NCBI GenBank assembly: GCA_964438075.1
Contig: CAYTIW010000001.1
Span: 18,517 to 82,516, forward strand
Source: an uncultured Planctomycetales bacterium
GTDB lineage: Bacteria; Omnitrophota; Gorgyraeia; Zapsychrales; Fredricksoniimonadaceae
Length of the DNA: 64,000 nucleotides
Reading direction: 5' to 3'
This document shows, piece after piece, positions 60,905 through 64,000 of this stretch (position 1 is the stretch's first letter; each line of letters begins with the position of its first letter). The notes beneath the pieces were generated by a model. It had not been told where the DNA came from. It worked only from the letters and a program-made list of their open reading frames with translations, and ran no database searches. The position numbers and the translations under genes were made by a program.

Positions 60905-61163
60905 GAGCCGGAAAGGTGGGACTCTCAGGTCACCTTTCGCGCTTCGGCAACGCAGCCACCATGTTACCACCAAATACCCCAAGACAACGCCGACAGGCAA
61001 AGGCCCAAACCGCCACTAAGGGCTACGGGCCGAAGAACGGGTAATAAATGGTAACGTAGGTCTGTCGCTTTGTGTCCCCGGGTTTCCCCAGGTTTACCTT
61101 TTCGGCTCAAATGAAATATAACATCCATATTGTCTCAGGGCAAGGGTTGAGCCGCCCCCCAGC
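60905..61163 (-). ncRNA. candidate structured cis-regulatory RNA / attenuator-like leader of unknown class (strand inferred from the terminator and a GAAA tetraloop)
   Basis: Nested long-range helices (60905-60922 with 61074-61108; 60963-60979 with 61039-61055). Competing local helices are present. A GGG-GAAA-CCC hairpin (61089-61080) is present. A 54-codon ORF (61128..60964) ends SWGIWW-stop. Details are in the findings. Confidence 0.45.
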
Positions 61164-61236
61164 GGATAACGACATAAAACGTAACATATTGGTAAATAGA
61201 ACTATGCAACCTTACTAAACTTCTTACTAAAATTAA

Positions 61237-61863
61237 TTAAATGGCTTGTTTAGCATTTAGTATGAAGGCTTGCATTTTGTGGTGATCCTTTTGCCCTGGA
61301 GAGGACTCCACCCCGCTTGAAACGTCAACCGCAAAAGGCTTCACTTTTCCGACAGCCTCCTGAACGTTCTCGGCCGTTAACCCTCCTGAAAGGATCACCG
61401 GAACATGCAGGTCGGCACTCCGGAGCAGTTCCCAATTGAATACTTTTCCTGTACTTCCGAATACGCCATCCTGATAAGTATCGAAAAGGCAGCCGTCCAC
61501 ATCGAATTTACCGACACCTGAGAAATCAAATGCTTCGTTGACCCTAAATCCCTTTATGATCCTTAAGACCTGGTAACGTTTCAATCGATGACAGAAATGA
61601 TGGTCCTCATTCCCGTGCAATTGTACCGCATTCAGCCCCACGAAACCGGCTATATCCCGTATCGCCCCTATCTTCTCATCCACGAACACCCCGACGATGG
61701 AAACGAAAGGAGGCAGTATCTCCACAATGTTGCGCGCCCGTGATGGAGAAACGTAACGCGGGCTCTTTTTGTAAAAAACAAAACCCAGAGCGTCGGCACC
61801 GAACTTTACCGCCTTGAAGGCGTCGTCCTTATTGGTAATTCCGCAGATCTTCACCCTGACCAT
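61237..61863 (-). CDS. trpF: phosphoribosylanthranilate isomerase (start re-trimmed to MVRVKICG)
   Basis: VKICGITNKDDA...GADALGFVF...SPRYV and the C-terminal GGL...VDVSSGVE. Confidence 0.9.
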   Translation of the reverse strand: MVRVKICGITNKDDAFKAVKFGADALGFVFYKKSPRYVSPSRARNIVEILPPFVSIVGVFVDEKIGAIRDIAGFVGLNAVQLHGNEDHHFCHRLKRYQVLRIIKGFRVNEAFDFSGVGKFDVDGCLFDTYQDGVFGSTGKVFNWELLRSADLHVPVILSGGLTAENVQEAVGKVKPFAVDVSSGVESSPGQKDHHKMQAFILNAKQAI

Positions 61864-61951
61864 GTTCTTTTTCCCTCGAACTATTAAAAACCTAAAGAAC
61901 TCAACACAAGCCGCCACCTGGCTGAGATGACTTCAACGGTTTTAAGGGATA

Positions 61952-62737
61952 TTACCTCCCCATTATTTCCTTGATCTTAGCCGCAATATCTCGTTCCCGC
62001 AGGAACGTTTCCCCGATCAAAACTGCGTGAACCCCTGCTTGGGCCAGCCGAGCCACTTCTTCAGGCGATGATATGCCGCTCTCCGACACCGTCACCTTGT
62101 CTTTCGGCATGAGCGGCATTAGGCTTTCGCTGGTCGCGACGTCGACCTCAAAAGTGTGCAGGTCGCGGTTGTTTATTCCAATAATATCCGCGCCGCATCT
62201 CAATGCCCTGGCCAATTCGGACTCGTCATGGACCTCCACCAAAGCGTCCAGGTCCAGACGGCGCGAAACGGCAAGCAGCTGCTTTAGCTCCGCGTCAGAC
62301 AAAGCCGCCACGATGAGCAGCACAGCACTCGCACCGCAATACCGGCCTTCATAGATCTGCAGTTCATCGATGATAAAATCTTTCATCAAGACCGGCCGGC
62401 TGAACTTCTCGCTCACCATCTTCAGATAAGCGGCCTTCCCCTGGAAATATTCTTCTTCCGTCAAGACCGATATCGCGGCGACACCGCTTCCTTCATATAT
62501 CCGGGCGATGGCTTCCGGATCAAAGTCCTCACGGATCACCCCCTTGGACGGCGAGGCTTTCTTTATCTCCGCGATAAGATTAATTCCACCGGCCTGCGAA
62601 ATCCGTTCCTTGAATAATCCATGGTAAGAGTAATCGCTGCGGTCGAGATGCTTTTTTAGGTTTTCGCGGTAGGCCCGTTTCTTCTCGTTATCCGTCCGTT
62701 TTGAGTCCAGTATCCTGTTCAAGAAGTCGCTAGACAC
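61952..62737 (-). CDS. trpC: indole-3-glycerol phosphate synthase
   Basis: IAEIKKASPSKG, LLIVAAL, EVHDE and GINNRDL motifs. Confidence 0.93.
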   Translation of the reverse strand: MSSDFLNRILDSKRTDNEKKRAYRENLKKHLDRSDYSYHGLFKERISQAGGINLIAEIKKASPSKGVIREDFDPEAIARIYEGSGVAAISVLTEEEYFQGKAAYLKMVSEKFSRPVLMKDFIIDELQIYEGRYCGASAVLLIVAALSDAELKQLLAVSRRLDLDALVEVHDESELARALRCGADIIGINNRDLHTFEVDVATSESLMPLMPKDKVTVSESGISSPEEVARLAQAGVHAVLIGETFLRERDIAAKIKEIMGR

Positions 62738-63740
62738 GGTTAGTGAACTCCTGAAGCTCTTCCAGCTTGATCATCGCCCGGCCAGTGTCGATAGCCTGGG
62801 CGGCCATGTCCAGCCCTTCCCGGGGGGTCCGGACCATCTCCGCCGCGAAAAGCGCAAAGGCCGTGTTCAGGAGAACGACATCCCGCCGCGGTCCTTTCTC
62901 ACCTTTGAGGATCGACATCACGATCGATGCGTTCTGGGCGGCATCACCGCCCAGCAGGTCCGATTCTTTGGCCCGCGGCAGGCCGTACTCTTCCGGACTG
63001 ATCTCGGTCGAAATGACCTCCTGCCCGGTGAATTTACTGACATAGGTCGTGGTGGTCGTTGTGATCTCATCCAGTCCGTCGGCACCATGGGCCACCACCA
63101 CCCGTTTAGCCCCCAGATTCTGGTGCACGTGCGCCATCTGTTCAACCAGATGTCTAGAATAAACCCCCATCATCTGATGGGTAGCCTTCGCCGGATTGGT
63201 CAGAGGCCCCAGGATGTTAAAGATCGTCTTGCCGCCCAAGGCCTTGCGCACCGGCGCGATATGACGCATGGCCGGATGGTGGCTCTGGGCGAAAAGAAAA
63301 GCTATGCCGACCGCCTTCATGCATTCCTGGACCTTTTCATGTGACAGGTTTATCCTCACCCCCAAGGCTTCCAGCACATCCGCGCTGCCGCAACGGCTGG
63401 AGACCGAACGGTTGCCGTGCTTGGCCACCACGACACCGCAGGCCGCAGCGATGATGGCCGCAATGGTGGAGATATTGAAGGTGTTCTTTCCGTCCCCCCC
63501 TGTCCCGCAAGTATCAAGGACGACTTCCTTGTCCACCGCTACTGGCAACGCGAACCGGCGCATGATCTGCGCCGCACCGGTTATCTCCTCGACCGTCGGC
63601 CCCTTCTCGTTCAAAAAGACCAGAAAGTCCCGCATCTCGTTCTCGGCCATGCGCCCGGACATGATCTCGGTCATCAAAGACTGCATCTCGCCGCGCGTAA
63701 GGCTTTTCCTCTGCCGCAGCTTATCCAGTAAAGTGGTCAT
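62730..63740 (-). CDS. trpD: anthranilate phosphoribosyltransferase
   Basis: DTCGTGGDGKNTFNIST, AKHGNRSVSS and GPLTNP motifs. The stop overlaps the trpC start by 8 nt. Confidence 0.95.
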   Translation of the reverse strand: MTTLLDKLRQRKSLTRGEMQSLMTEIMSGRMAENEMRDFLVFLNEKGPTVEEITGAAQIMRRFALPVAVDKEVVLDTCGTGGDGKNTFNISTIAAIIAAACGVVVAKHGNRSVSSRCGSADVLEALGVRINLSHEKVQECMKAVGIAFLFAQSHHPAMRHIAPVRKALGGKTIFNILGPLTNPAKATHQMMGVYSRHLVEQMAHVHQNLGAKRVVVAHGADGLDEITTTTTTYVSKFTGQEVISTEISPEEYGLPRAKESDLLGGDAAQNASIVMSILKGEKGPRRDVVLLNTAFALFAAEMVRTPREGLDMAAQAIDTGRAMIKLEELQEFTNRV

Positions 63741-63886
63741 GATCGGTCCTTAAGATAGAAGTATTTAAATGTTTGATACACCCGCAGGTGGAAATCACCC
63801 TGTTCTTGCTTATGCAATAATATCAGAATATGTTGCCTCATAAAACATAAATGCCGGGGCATATGTTCTGGAACCACAGGCCCATC

Positions 63887-64000
63887 TCACGTGCTAACCC
63901 GGCCGCCGGTCTGGCTTTCCAGGCATAGTTTACGGGCCAACTGGACCGCAAAACTCACCAGGCTTTGGGCCCGGGCAGGATCGGTGTGATAACCCGAGGT
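63887..64000 (-). CDS. possible 3' end of an unidentified gene entering from the right edge
   Basis: One minus-strand frame is open from the window edge for 37 codons (…TSGYHTDPARAQSLVSFAVQLARKLCLESQTGGRVST-stop at 63889-63887). It does not resemble the TrpG/TrpE C termini I recall. Weak evidence only. Confidence 0.25.
   Translation of the reverse strand, partial: TSGYHTDPARAQSLVSFAVQLARKLCLESQTGGRVST

Noticed and set aside
60905-61163. Interpreting the structured element as tmRNA, RNase P RNA, SRP RNA, 6S RNA, a TPP or cobalamin riboswitch, or a canonical T-box.
   Set aside because: No GGGG...CCACCA tRNA-like ends, no GAGGAAAGUCC, and no GGAAGCAGC SRP motif. There is no CUGAGA/CCAGCG pairing context and no B12 box. 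T-box-like GGUGGUAAC/GGUGGCUGCG strings exist, but I could not build a Stem I with a specifier loop and K-turn. I also could not build an antiterminator that overlaps the terminator. The class is therefore left open, and a covariance-model scan is needed.
63838-63885. 15-codon minus-strand ORF (MGLWFQNICPGIYVL) upstream of trpD, considered as a possible Trp leader peptide.
   Set aside because: It has only one Trp codon and no RBS. There is no downstream terminator or alternative-helix system beyond a trivial GGTG/CACC/GGTG triplet. This is insufficient evidence.

Overview
The window is a gene-dense, chromosomal-looking bacterial segment. About 60 credible protein genes are present, and all but five are on the minus strand. 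I saw no rRNA, tRNA, CRISPR array, transposase or integrase.

Recognisable content, left to right:
- trxB (partial) and bioB
- an orphan 608-aa enzyme-like ORF, a CheY-like receiver, and a GT-C/TPR membrane glycosyltransferase
- thiC
- a membrane-fused B12/radical-SAM protein
- a translationally coupled feoA-feoB-(small Cys-rich ORF)-ttcA string
- a kinase, an m5C RNA methyltransferase and an HTH-receiver regulator
- a complete F1Fo operon (atpBEFHAGDC, with a short epsilon)
- amt-glnK
- an NSS transporter with an untracked 30-codon partner ORF
- a YHS protein and REC-EAL
- thyA-folA
- an envelope-modification string (GT2, GT-C, FemAB-like, methyltransferase, ApbE)
- prmA-arfB and cspA with a long leader
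- hflKC, gpmA, trmH-family, Nudix, pepF, rpmB, recJ, argS, rsfS, and M16/M20 peptidases
- a trp cluster split into trpDCF and trpBA by about 6 kb of unrelated genes

The most unusual signal is a roughly 300-nt structured, terminator-capped RNA element directly after trpF (60852-61163). It has mutually exclusive helices and an embedded ORF ending W-G-I-W-W-stop.

Other leads:
- the membrane-anchored B12-radical-SAM protein
- three large orphan proteins (608, 489 and 927 aa)
- paired palindromes plus three hairpins upstream of amt
- a consensus-promoter cspA leader containing a terminator-like hairpin

Limits: all calls come from reading motifs in the supplied translations and hand-indexing the DNA. 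No database search, folding or statistics were run. Family names are recollection-based. Hairpin and promoter coordinates may be off by a base or two.
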